Below are positions 1-9,987 of a stretch of DNA of 11,000 nucleotides, in pieces. The notes under the pieces are model-generated. The model was not told the DNA's origin, did not search any database, and saw nothing but the letters and a program-made list of their open reading frames with translations. Positions within the stretch are counted from its first letter, which is position 1, and every line of letters begins with the position of its first letter. Source of the stretch: Octopus vulgaris (taxonomy: Eukaryota). The position numbers and the translations under genes are program-made. The stretch covers positions 1 through 11,000 of the forward strand of contig CATOCA020000057.1 of assembly GCA_951406725.2 (NCBI GenBank), read 5' to 3'.

Positions 1-1935
1 CTAAAGCTTTCTTTAAGTTTGCCAAAGAGACAGCCACAGTGCACCAGAGAATAGGACCTCTCTTCCAAAAAGATGGCTCTCTCACAGGAAATCCCACGAG
101 GATAAGTGAAATACTGAACGAACAATTCCAAAGTGTGTTCACTACACCCCTAGGACACAGGCAAGTAAACAACCCAGAAGAATTCTTTGCCACTTTACCT
201 GCAGCCAAAGAGGCAAAAATTGAGTACATCAACATCGAAGATGATGATATCACACTAGCCATAGATGAGATTGACACAAACTCAGCTGCTGGACCTGATG
301 GATTCCCAGCGATCCTTCTCAAATCGTGCAAACAAGCCCTTGCAAAACCACTACAGCTTCTTTTTCAGAGCTTTCTTGCAAGTGGTAAGCTCCCAGTCAA
401 ATTGAAAGAGGGGGTAATATGCCCTATCCATAAGGGAGGTAGCAGAGCAGATGCTAAAAATTATAGGCCTATCTCTCTGACCTCACACATCAGCAAAGTC
501 ATGGAACGAATAGTCCGTAAGAAACTAATCATGTTCCTTGAAGAAAATGACTTGCTGTCTGACACCCAGCATGGATTTCGACCAGGTAGAAGCTGCCTAA
601 CACAACTCCTGCAACACTATGACTGGGTGTTGAAACAGTTACTAAATGGCTCAAATGTGGATGTAATATATCTCGACTTTGCAAAAGCCTTTGATAAGGT
701 CGACCATGGTATGATCTGTCACAAACTGCGTGGTCTCGGCATATACGGAAAATTTGGAGAGTGGCTGCACAACTTCCTAAAAGACAGAAAACAGGCAGTT
801 GTGAGCAATGGAAGCCACCTCCAAGGAAACACAAATAGCAAGCGGTATCCCATAGGGCACTGTCTTGGGGCCACTGATGTTCATAGTGGCCCTTTCAGAC
901 ATGCCTTCAGTTGCTACGATGACCACCCTTGCTAGCTATGCAGATGACACAAAAGTCTCCCACGCAATACAAAACCCTGAAAATATTGTGCATCTGCAAC
1001 AGGAGTTGGACACAATATACAGGTGGGCTGAGGACAACAACATGCAGTTTAATGCAGGTAAGTTCCAGGCCTTGCGCTACTGGCACACAAAGGTAAACGA
1101 CGTGAAGACTGGATACACTGGCCCAGGAAGAATTGCAATCCCTGAGTCAAAATCAGTGCGTGACCTGGGCATTGACATGAGCAATGATGCATCTTTCCAA
1201 GTGCATATTGCTAATCTGGTGATAAAATGCAGACGGCTAGCTGGATGGATTCTCCGAACTTTCAGAACAAGAGAGAAGGAGACACTGATGGTCCTATGGA
1301 AAACATTCGTCCTCAGCCGCTTGGACTACTGCTCCCAACTGTGGTCACCACACAATATAAAACTAACAGCAGAACTCGAAGCAATTCAGAGAAGCTACAC
1401 AAAAAGAAAATCGTCTCAATGCAAAATATCAGCTACTGGGAAAAGACTGAAGGTATTAAACCTCTTCTCCCTAGAGCGGAAGCGGGAGAGATATGTGGTG
1501 ATATACATCTGGAAAATCCTGGAGGGTCTTGTCCCAAACTTTGGCATTCAAAGTTACCCCAACCGCAGAACGGGGCGCCACTGCATGGTGCCAAGGATTC
1601 CAACATCACCATCAAAATACAGGTCCAGATACTGCAACAGCTTGGGTTTCAGAGGACCACAGCTCTTTAACATCCTCCCTAAATGCCTGAGAGACTTACA
1701 TGGTGTGGATGTGGGTTTCTTTAAAACTAAACTGGATCTCTTCTTGTCGGGAGTCCCAGATGAACCTACCTCACGACAGGAGACACAGATGTGGGCAGCA
1801 GCATCAAACTCCCTTGTTGATCAAGTGCCACGTATCAGAGGTGAATTCACAAATTAGTGTAGCTCATTCAGCGGTGGTGCCCCAGCATGGCCGCGGCCTT
1901 TAGGCTAAAACATTTGTAAGGATTTTTAAGGATTT
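1..1935 (+). mobile_element. 3' portion of a non-LTR retrotransposon (LINE, CR1/L2-group-like); continues beyond the left window edge
   Basis: RT motifs AAGPDGF, NYRPISLTS, QHGFRPGRSC, YLDFAKAFDKVDH, GIP*GTVLGP and YADDTK, plus a C-terminal LDYCSQLWSP...SLERKRER block typical of CR1/L2-type ORF2. It is followed by a short 3' UTR with a hairpin (1871-1894) and TAAGGATTT x2 (1917-1935) running into (TA)n. Clade assigned from motif style only. Confidence 0.9.
3..1857 (+). pseudogene. Disabled LINE ORF2 reverse transcriptase (track ORFs 39..935 and 865..1857 are two pieces of one ORF)
   Basis: The frame is open from base 3 (KAFFKFAKETATVHQRIGPL). There is a frameshift near 810-820 and an in-frame TAG at 853-855 replacing the Q of GIPQG. 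YADD lies at 937-948. A pair of compensating frameshifts lies at about 1403-1445, and the stop is at 1855-1857. Confidence 0.9.
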
Positions 1936-1936
1936 A

Positions 1937-1940
<4 letters not shown>

Positions 1941-1977
<37 letters not shown>
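1941..1977. repeat. (TA)n microsatellite
   Basis: Perfect TA run directly after the LINE tail. Confidence 0.97.
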
Positions 1978-1979
<2 letters not shown>

Positions 1980-2405
1980 TCATCCTCACCATTTAATGTC
2001 CGTGGTCTATGCTGGCATGGATTGAATGGTTTGATCAGAGATGGCAAGCAGGGGAACCACACTAGATTTGGCATGGCGCTGCAGCAGGTGCTTTTTACAT
2101 GGTGCCAGTACAGGACTCTTGCAGGTCAATCCTCACATCAGGATGACTGGTCTTAATACTTCTGTTGTGAAGTACAGGTCTTCATGAGTACAGCAAGGCA
2201 CCAGGCATCTCCTTCCTTTGTCATCTCGCCTGAAAGGTTTAACATTGTAAGATCTTTCTTCAGCGCTTCCGAGTTTCTCACTTTCATGTTTTCCATTTAC
2301 TTTGAGAGATCAGTACTTCATTATGGGGCTGTTGGCATCCATCCACATCACATGACCCAACCAATGCAGTCTTCTCTCTTGCACACAGCAACTAATTCCT
2401 TTCAG
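1978..2405 (-). mobile_element. 3' fragment of an RTE-type LINE (C-terminal ORF remnant, 3' UTR and degenerate (TGA)n tail)
   Basis: The minus strand translates LKGISCCVQERRLHWLGHVMWMDANSP and then EALKKDLTMLNLSGEMTKEGDAWCLAVLMKT, matching the RTE C-terminal RRLxWxGHVxR and DL...DR..WR pattern. It ends in ...CATTAAATGGTGAGGATGATG. Confidence 0.75.
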
Positions 2406-2650
2406 ATGAGATAACAAGGACCCAGATGCTTGGTGCCTTGCTATACAGAAGAAGACTCCACAGTAGGAGTATTAAGACTGGTCTCTCTGAAGGTGAGAAG
2501 GACTCATGTCAGTGTTACGTAAAATCGCCCATATGGTGCCATGTAAAAGCGGGATGTGAAATGAGACTGGAATCTGGTGCAGCTCCCCAGTTTTGATCAA
2601 ACTGTCCAACCCATGCTAGCATGAACAGGCATTAAAATGATGATGATGAT
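2398..2650 (+). mobile_element. Second, shorter 3' fragment of the same RTE-type family in opposite orientation
   Basis: GAGATAACAAGG..AGATGCTTGGTGCCTTGCT..AGTATTAAGAC matches the reverse complement of about 2150-2235. TCAAACTGTCCAACCCATGCTAGCAT..CATTAAAATGATGATGATGAT matches the reverse complement of 1978-2035. Confidence 0.7.
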
Positions 2651-2719
2651 ATTTATATATAAATATATGAGTGTGTGTCTATATATGTATATGTTTCTGC
2701 TCTCATTCTTGATCACTCT

Positions 2720-3113
2720 CTTTCTCTTGCTTTTTGCTTCAGGCTAGGTAACCAAACATCTCCTTTACACCCCTGTACTCTCTCTCTCTCTTGCCGGGTA
2801 ACCATGTACCTCCTCTATAGCAAGACACCTGTTTCTGCCTCTATTTCTGTCACACTCTAATCTTTCATCATCTGATACAAGATCCCCCTCCTCTCAAAAT
2901 TCCTTGTCTTGCAAGTTACTTGGTGACCCTGCAGGTGCTGGTGCTGTGTAAAAAGCATTCAGTCTATATTGTTAAGTGGTTCGCATTTTGAAGGGCATCC
3001 AGCTGTAAAAATCATGCCAAAACTGACTAGCTCTAACCTCTCATTACCTGACACAAAGCCACCTCCTTCGCTACTACTCCCCATATCAGTTGAAGGATTT
3101 TGAGTTGCAAGTT
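2720..3113 (+). repeat. Decayed interspersed repeat related to the RTE 3' UTR (SINE-like or LINE-tail pieces, partly tandem)
   Basis: Shares GGTGC..TGTAAAAAGCA and CATGCCAAA words with the two RTE fragments. 3041-3113 loosely repeats 2866-2918, and both end in TTGCAAGTTA. Boundaries are approximate. Confidence 0.5.
3005..3088 (+). repeat. Left arm of an ~85 bp inverted repeat (partner 9578-9663)
   Basis: GTAAAAATCATGCCAAAACTGAC...TCTCATTACCTGACACAAAGCCACCTCCTTCGCTACTACTCCCCATATCA is the near-exact reverse complement of 9578-9663, with about 10 differences mostly in one patch. Confidence 0.9.
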
Positions 3114-3120
3114 AATATAT

Positions 3121-3421
3121 ATATATATAAAATATTAGAAAAAAACACCTTTTATCAATTCAAAATGAATAATTAAATTACACCATCTAGAAAATTACAT
3201 ATAATAGAAAAGTTAAAATTAAAATAACAATTAAAAAGTAAAGATTAAGTAAATTACAAAAATAATGTAATGTATATAATAGGTAGAAAACGACATGTGT
3301 TTCGCTTCTATATTTAAGAAATGATTATAGTAGTAGAGAAATCACTTGCATATAAATATAGTCGCTCATCAGGTTAAAAATATAATAGAACAATTAATTA
3401 ATAAATATACTTTGATATATT
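3121..3421 (-). repeat. Inverted pseudo-LTR of the PLE
   Basis: Reverse complement of about 8161-8460 and 8572-8871, with roughly a dozen differences in ~300 nt by eye. Confidence 0.93.
3289..3375 (-). ncRNA. Type I hammerhead ribozyme motif, intact core, long stem II
   Basis: Minus strand reads AAC-CUGAUGA-GC[..CUAUAUUUA..UAAAUAUAG..]GC-GAA-ACACAUGU-C-GUU. Stem I is AAC/GUU and the cleavage triplet is GUC (predicted cut between 3292 and 3291). Confidence 0.8.
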
Positions 3422-5106
3422 GAAGGATATTCTATACCATCTAGAAAAGAATATCTTTTAAAACTTATTAATAATATTAAGGATTTTATTAATAGAATTA
3501 AACGGAAAGCCTACTATTTTAATAATAACAACATTAATGATGTAGATATTATAATTTTATTAATTCTAAATTTAAATCTAGAAAAGAACCCCCATATAAT
3601 AGAGAAATACAGATTTTAGAGGATAATATTTGGAAGGTAGTGAAAAACATTAAATTTCATAAATACCCTAATAGACATAACGAATATTTAAGAAATTTAG
3701 CCATTAAAATTAAAGAAATGCGTAATATGGAAGGCATTATAGTAGAATCAGCTAAAACCAAGAACCTATACAAATTAGATATTAAATTATATGATTTCCT
3801 TTTAAATAAAGAAATTAATAAAAAATATAAAATTGTTCCAGAAAATACACTATATAAATAAAGTCTCTAAATTAATAATGATGAAATATAATTTGGATAA
3901 TAAAGCTGAACCTTATGTTCCTATGCACCCTAGAATAACTTTGAAAGATCATAAAGAAAATTTTTACTCTGACCCTAAGGTTAGATTGATTTGTCCATGT
4001 AAATCAGATTTAGGTAAATTAAGTAAAATTATTCTGGATAAATACATTTATAGGTTAAATGAATTGAATTACCTTAAACTTTGGAACTGTACTAATGATA
4101 CTTTAAAATGGTTTCATAATACTAATGATAAAAATAAATCTAAATTCATTCAAATTGATATAGATAATTATTATTGTTCTATTAATGAGATAGTACTTAA
4201 TAAAGCCCTTATATTTGCTATGAATAAGGTTGAAATGACTAATGATGAAGTTAATGTTATTAAAATGGCTAGGAAATCGTTAATAAGATATAATAATAAA
4301 TTATGGGCTAGGAAAGATACTAGAAACTTTTTTGATATACCTATGGGGGCACCAGATTCTGCTCAGGCTACTGATTTAGTAGGTATTTATTTATTATTAG
4401 AACTTCAATTAGAAAATTAAAATTTTGATGGTGGTTTATATAGAGATGACATTTTATTACTTACCAGGAATTGTACAAATAGAAAATTAGAATTATATAA
4501 AAAGAAACTTCATAATTTCTTTAAAAGAAATGGTTTAAGTATTACTATATATAATGAGAACTATAATGTTAAATATTTAGATGTTAACTTTAATTTAATA
4601 ACGGGTAAAACCCAACCTTTCCATAAAATTAATGAAAATCTTAGATATTAATGCTTATAGTAATCATCCACCTTCTGTTAAAAAATCTTTGATAAATAAT
4701 GTTGGTAAAAAAATATCATTACTTTTTTATGATTTAGAGACTTTTAATATACATGCACCTTATTATAATAAAGCTTTGAATGAGGCTGGATACAATAATA
4801 ATATTAAATACTTTAACATTTGTAAATGTAATTATAATTTAAAAGATAATTATTTTAATGATTTTTATAATGATAAACCTAATTGTCTGTGTTATGATAA
4901 ATCTTATTTAGGAACTTATCGCCTTAATAATAATATGTATTTTGATGATGAAAATCTTAAATTTAATGTTAGAATAAAAAATAAAAAGTATAGTAATAAT
5001 AATAAAAATAAAAATTAAATTAAATTAAATTCATTTAATGAAGATAATAAATTTAATAATATGGTAAATAATTTTAGTAATAATGATGATAGTTATAATA
5101 ATAATT

Positions 5107-5154
<48 letters not shown>

Positions 5155-5901
5155 TTAATTATAATCATAATATAAAAGATATAAATAAAAATAAAACTTG
5201 GTTAGTTATTCCTTTTGGGACTCAGGTTAAAACAAATCTTATAAAAGAGATTTTACATCATCATTATTGAAATATTTATTAGAGATAATAAAAAATATAA
5301 TATTTTTTCTAAAGATAATTTGGGTGTTGGATTTTCTACTACAAATAATGTTGGTAATATTTCTTCATATAATAGTTTCAAATTAAAGAAATTTTATAAA
5401 GATAGATTTAATACTAATTCTAATTATAATAATAAAGACCAAGAGTTGATTTCTTGTACATGTAGGTATAAGTCTACATGTAAATTGAAAAATTATTGTG
5501 ATTTAGATAATGTAGTCTATAGATGTAGGGTAACTATAATAGATGATAAGAATTTGAATCATCGTAATTTAAATACTATTTATATTGGGTCTACTTCGAA
5601 TAAAATTAAAAATAGAATTTCCCAACATATGTATTCTTTTAGGAATAAAAATCTTATAAACTCAACAGGTCCCAGTAAATATATTTGGGACCTTAAATTT
5701 AAATCTATTAAATTAAAATTAAATTGGGATATTATTTGTAGGGCTAAATCTTATACTATAGGGAGTAATAGTTGTTCTCTTTGTAATAACGAATTTAGGG
5801 AGATATTATTTCATAAAAATTGTGCGTTGATAAACTCTTTAGAAGAACATAAAATTAAATGTAAACATAAATTAAAGTACCTTTATAATAGATTTAAATG
5901 A
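3420..5901 (+). pseudogene. PLE polyprotein remnant: reverse transcriptase plus GIY-YIG endonuclease
   Basis: N-terminal IPSRKEYLLKLI..FINRIKRKAYYF; RT blocks ITLKDHKENF, VRLICPCKSDLGKLSK, FIQIDIDNYYCSI, FDIPMGAPDSAQ, GLYRDD (YRDD at 4439-4450, read through TAA 4418-4420), YLDVNFNL and SNHPP. Cys-rich linker CTCRYKSTCKLKNYC; EN VVY (5512-5520)..YIG (5581-5589)..R..H, CSLC (5773-5784), E, INS and CKH. At least five frameshifts and one in-frame stop. Confidence 0.9.
5118..5153 (+). repeat. (AAT)12 microsatellite encoding poly-Asn in the RT-EN linker
   Basis: Direct reading. Confidence 0.93.
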
Positions 5902-8074
5902 TAAATAAATAATTATATTATTTTTAAATAAATATTATAGTAATATAAATTATTTTCAAAATAATATATATGTATTTTATTTGATTACTTATTATTTAGA
6001 CTTTAAATTTATAGTAAATGTTTTTTTAAAATTAAATAATATTTTATGTAATTATATATTATATTTAACTTATCTTTAGTATTATTAAACCTTATCTTGT
6101 CTTATGTGGCTTATTTATTTATTATAGATATTATCTAATAGTACCAGAGTTTTTTTACTGTTTTATTACAAATCATATTATATTTTAAAAATAATGATGA
6201 ATAATATTTGATGGTGAGTTTGAGATGAGTTTTGGGCTTCATCTGTTAGAGTCTTTAGGAAGGGTTGAATGGTAGGAAATAGTCGGCTGTGAATGAATTT
6301 GACATTAGTTTGCAGTTTGTTGTAGATTGGAATTTGTTAATGATGGTCATAATTTATAAAGATATTAATAATGTTAATTTTTATGTTAATTATTATAATA
6401 TTAATGATAATAATATTTATAATCGCGTATAGCTTGTTATAGGATCCGGGTAGTGATGATGAAAAAGTAATACTTTATATACTATTTTTACTATTACTAC
6501 TTTTATTAACTTTATTTGATTCATGAAGTTTAGATAATTCCCATATTTCATTAATAATTTCCTTTAGCCCTTTTCATTAATAGTTATGTTCTATTTTTCC
6601 ATGTAACGTTTCCACGAGTTTTATTTCTTATAGACGCTAAGTAGTATTCTTTACGTTTATAAACTAGTGATTTTCTCTAATTAACTTAACGTTATTATCT
6701 CCTTTATTTTGGATTTGTATTTTGGGGGGCGGTTAGTGTTTAGCTGGGATTAATTTTGTTTTTGATATAATAATAGGTGTCTGTTATTTTCATTTGCGTG
6801 TCTTTATAGTAGTTTCTCCGTTAGTTGTGGTTTTCTCTAATTTTTTAGTTCATGAGGCTTTAAGTTTTTTCGTCTTTTTGTATTTTTCATTCATAATAAT
6901 TTTGCCACATTCATTGACTATTTATTGTATTCCACGCGATAAATTTTATAAACGTTTTTCTCGTATTTTTCATTGTTAAATGTTTCGCTACATTCATTAA
7001 GGATTTATTCTATTTCTTTGCACTATGCGATAATTTTAGAAACGCTTTAAAATGTATATCTCTTTTAAAAATCAGTTACTCTTCATTCTTCACTAAAGCT
7101 AAGTCTGATTTTATCGTTTCTCTATTTCATTTGATTATTGAACTGTTGTGTTTTTGAAATTATTATTATTGTTGATATTATTTTTGTTTGATGTAATATT
7201 TTTATTTATTTATAGTTTCTTGATAGTATTTTTACGTCCGATGTTTAATTGTTATAAAAGATTTTATGTTTTACATATCATTTAATTTGAGAATTTATAA
7301 TGGTTAGACTTTTTTCTTATAATTAGATAATATTTTCATTAAATAGTACTTTTTCTTAAATACACTAGTTTTTATTTTAATATAATGTTTATGTTTAACT
7401 TTTTATCGTGTGATATATTAAATCTATAGATTTTATACATGGATATTAATATAACAAGTTTATATAATGGATTTGAGTGTATTTGTACTTTTTCAAAGTT
7501 TTGATTGTATTTTCATGAATGAAATTGATTGAGTTGATTAATTAGATGCTTATCATTTTAAAATCTAGATAGATTAATCAGAATCGTTGAACTTAGTAAT
7601 TTAGTTTGCTTATCAATATTAGTTAGTTCTTGCTATTATTTTGACTTTGATCGTTTTTATTATTGTTAATGTTATTGACTGGTTTGGTAGAGGACTGGTG
7701 ATTGTGATTGTACATCTTCATAGTATATTGTTCTTTGGTTTGAATATTTTAGCACCTTTCTTTAATTTGGGGTTGATAGATTTCTTACTTTCCATTAACA
7801 TATTATTCTTGCTATCATATATATATATATATATATGTTTAAAAATTAAAAAAATTTTTTTAATAATATATTATATTATTTATTGATATATAGGTGGATT
7901 ATGTATTTGTAATACTAAATTGAAGTTAATATTATTTGATATTTAGTCTATTTTGTTACGGTTTGTTATATTAAATCTATAGATACTACACATGTATATT
8001 TATTATATGGTTAGCTTATGTAAGGAGTTTGTCTATATTTGAAACATTTCTTATTTTGATTACAATTTAATGAC

Positions 8075-8126
8075 TTAATTATTGAAGTATTATTTTATTT
8101 TTCAATTACGTATATTTAGAATTTTC

Positions 8127-8170
<44 letters not shown>

Positions 8171-8484
8171 GTATATTTATTAATTAATTGTTCTATTATA
8201 TTTTTAACCTGATGAGTGACTATATTTATATGCAAGTGGTTTCTCTACTACTATAATCATTTTTTAAATATAGCAGCAAAACATATGTCGTTTTTCTACC
8301 TATTATATACATTATATTATTTTTGTAATTTACTTAATCTTTACTTTTTAATTGTTATTTTAATTTTAACTTTTCTATTATATGTAATTTTCTAGATGGT
8401 GTAATTTAATTATTCATTTTGAATTGAAAAAAGTGCTTTTTTCTAATATTTTGTATATATATTATATTGTGTGGAATTTGATTT
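8075..8484 (+). repeat. 3' pseudo-LTR copy 1 of a ~0.41 kb tandem duplication
   Basis: Matches 8496-8895 except for one C/T change and the length of the internal (TA)n. Confidence 0.95.
8206..8292 (+). ncRNA. Degenerate hammerhead motif (G12 to A; likely inactive)
   Basis: AAC-CTGATGA-GTGAC...GCAGC-AAA-ACATATGT-C-GTT. GAAA is mutated to AAAA relative to the copy at 3289-3375; stem III ACATATGT is a perfect palindrome. Confidence 0.7.
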
Positions 8485-8495
8485 GTGTATTTTAT

Positions 8496-8895
8496 TTAAT
8501 TATTGAAGTATTATTTTATTTTTCAATTATGTATATTTAGAATTTTCATATACATATATATATATATATATATATATTAAAGTATATTTATTAATTAATT
8601 GTTCTATTATATTTTTAACCTGATGAGTGACTATATTTATATGCAAGTGGTTTCTCTACTACTATAATCATTTTTTAAATATAGCAGCAAAACATATGTC
8701 GTTTTTCTACCTATTATATACATTATATTATTTTTGTAATTTACTTAATCTTTACTTTTTAATTGTTATTTTAATTTTAACTTTTCTATTATATGTAATT
8801 TTCTAGATGGTGTAATTTAATTATTCATTTTGAATTGAAAAAAGTGCTTTTTTCTAATATTTTGTATATATATTATATTGTGTGGAATTTGATTT
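8496..8895 (+). repeat. 3' pseudo-LTR copy 2 of the tandem duplication
   Basis: Near-identical to 8075-8484. Confidence 0.95.
8617..8703 (+). ncRNA. Degenerate hammerhead motif (same G12 to A change)
   Basis: Identical to 8206-8292. Confidence 0.7.
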
Positions 8896-8957
8896 AGTAT
8901 TTCTAAATTGAATTCTTTTTCCTTGTAAGTTTGGATTTTATTCCCTCAAATAATAAT

Positions 8958-9570
<613 letters not shown>

Positions 9571-9577
9571 TATAAAA

Positions 9578-9663
9578 TGACATGGGGAGTAGTAGTGAAG
9601 GAGGTGGCTTTGTGTCAGGTAATGAGAACTTAGAACAGGGGTCAGTTTTGGCATGATTTTTAC
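9578..9663 (-). repeat. Right arm of the ~85 bp inverted repeat (partner 3005-3088)
   Basis: Reverse complement match to 3005-3088. Confidence 0.9.
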
Positions 9664-9763
9664 TTATTTGTTAAACTTTGGTACTTACTTAGTAAGTCTA
9701 TTATGCCAAACAGCTAAGTTACCTATACCAATGTTTAATGGTGGTGAAAGCAAACACAAAGAG

Positions 9764-9787
9764 ACACACACATACACTTATATGCAT

Positions 9788-9820
<33 letters not shown>
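9764..9820. repeat. (CA)n/(TA)n simple repeat
   Basis: Direct reading. Confidence 0.9.
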
Positions 9821-9899
9821 ATTGCAGCATGGAAGGTGTTTATAAGCCATTTAAGAAACACACAAAAGCCGTTCGATTTACTCCAACATTTAAGTTTAA

Positions 9900-9949
9900 T
9901 TTGTCAAAATATTTTCGTCGCTAAAATCCGCGACCTGTTCACTGACAAA
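9900..9949 (-). ncRNA. Variant minimal type I hammerhead-like motif with G3-C8 core swap
   Basis: Minus strand reads UUUGUCA-GUGAACA-G-GUCGC-GGAUUUUA-GCGAC-GAA-AAUAUU-U-UGACAAA. It has a 7-bp stem I, a 5-bp stem II, a palindromic stem III and a UUU triplet. The core differs from consensus by a compensatory C3G/G8C swap and one extra G after A9. Confidence 0.65.
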
Positions 9950-9987
9950 AATCCATGCTGCATCTGAGAAAGTAACAGTTAGTTCGT

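Noticed and set aside
529-1903. Overlapping ORFs 529..834(-), 1227..1670(+), 1433..1615(-) and 1700..1903(+)
   Set aside because: Shadow frames of the LINE RT. Only the short IVSMQNISYWE stretch of 1227..1670 is real ORF2 sequence displaced by frameshifts.
2256-2266. CTGAAGA on the minus strand as a possible hammerhead core
   Set aside because: It lies in the RTE coding remnant (ALKKDL) with no matching stems or GAAA-stem III arrangement.
2184-2860. ORFs 2184..2414 and 2675..2860
   Set aside because: The first is antisense to the RTE remnant and the second runs through low-complexity repeat sequence; neither has recognisable motifs.
3182-3448. 13-nt direct match ACCATCTAGAAAA at 3182-3194 and 3436-3448
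   Set aside because: Not at element boundaries, so not a target-site duplication; it may be chance in AT-rich DNA.
4418-4420. In-frame stop just before the YRDD motif as programmed readthrough or selenocysteine
   Set aside because: The codon is TAA rather than TGA, and the ORF has many other lesions, so simple decay explains it.
6794-7886. Hydrophobic plus-strand ORFs 6794..6979 and 7641..7886 as membrane proteins
   Set aside because: They have non-ATG starts and F/I/L/V richness that follows directly from the T-rich composition.
8075-8895. Tandem repeats as a CRISPR array or true retroviral LTRs
   Set aside because: There is no repeat-spacer structure, no TG..CA ends, primer-binding site or gag/integrase, and the context is a eukaryotic PLE.
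9670-9765. Possible decayed SINE fragment (GGTACTTA...GCTAAGTTAC...CAAACACAAAGAGACAC)
   Set aside because: Resemblance is from memory only and there is no second copy in the window to support it.
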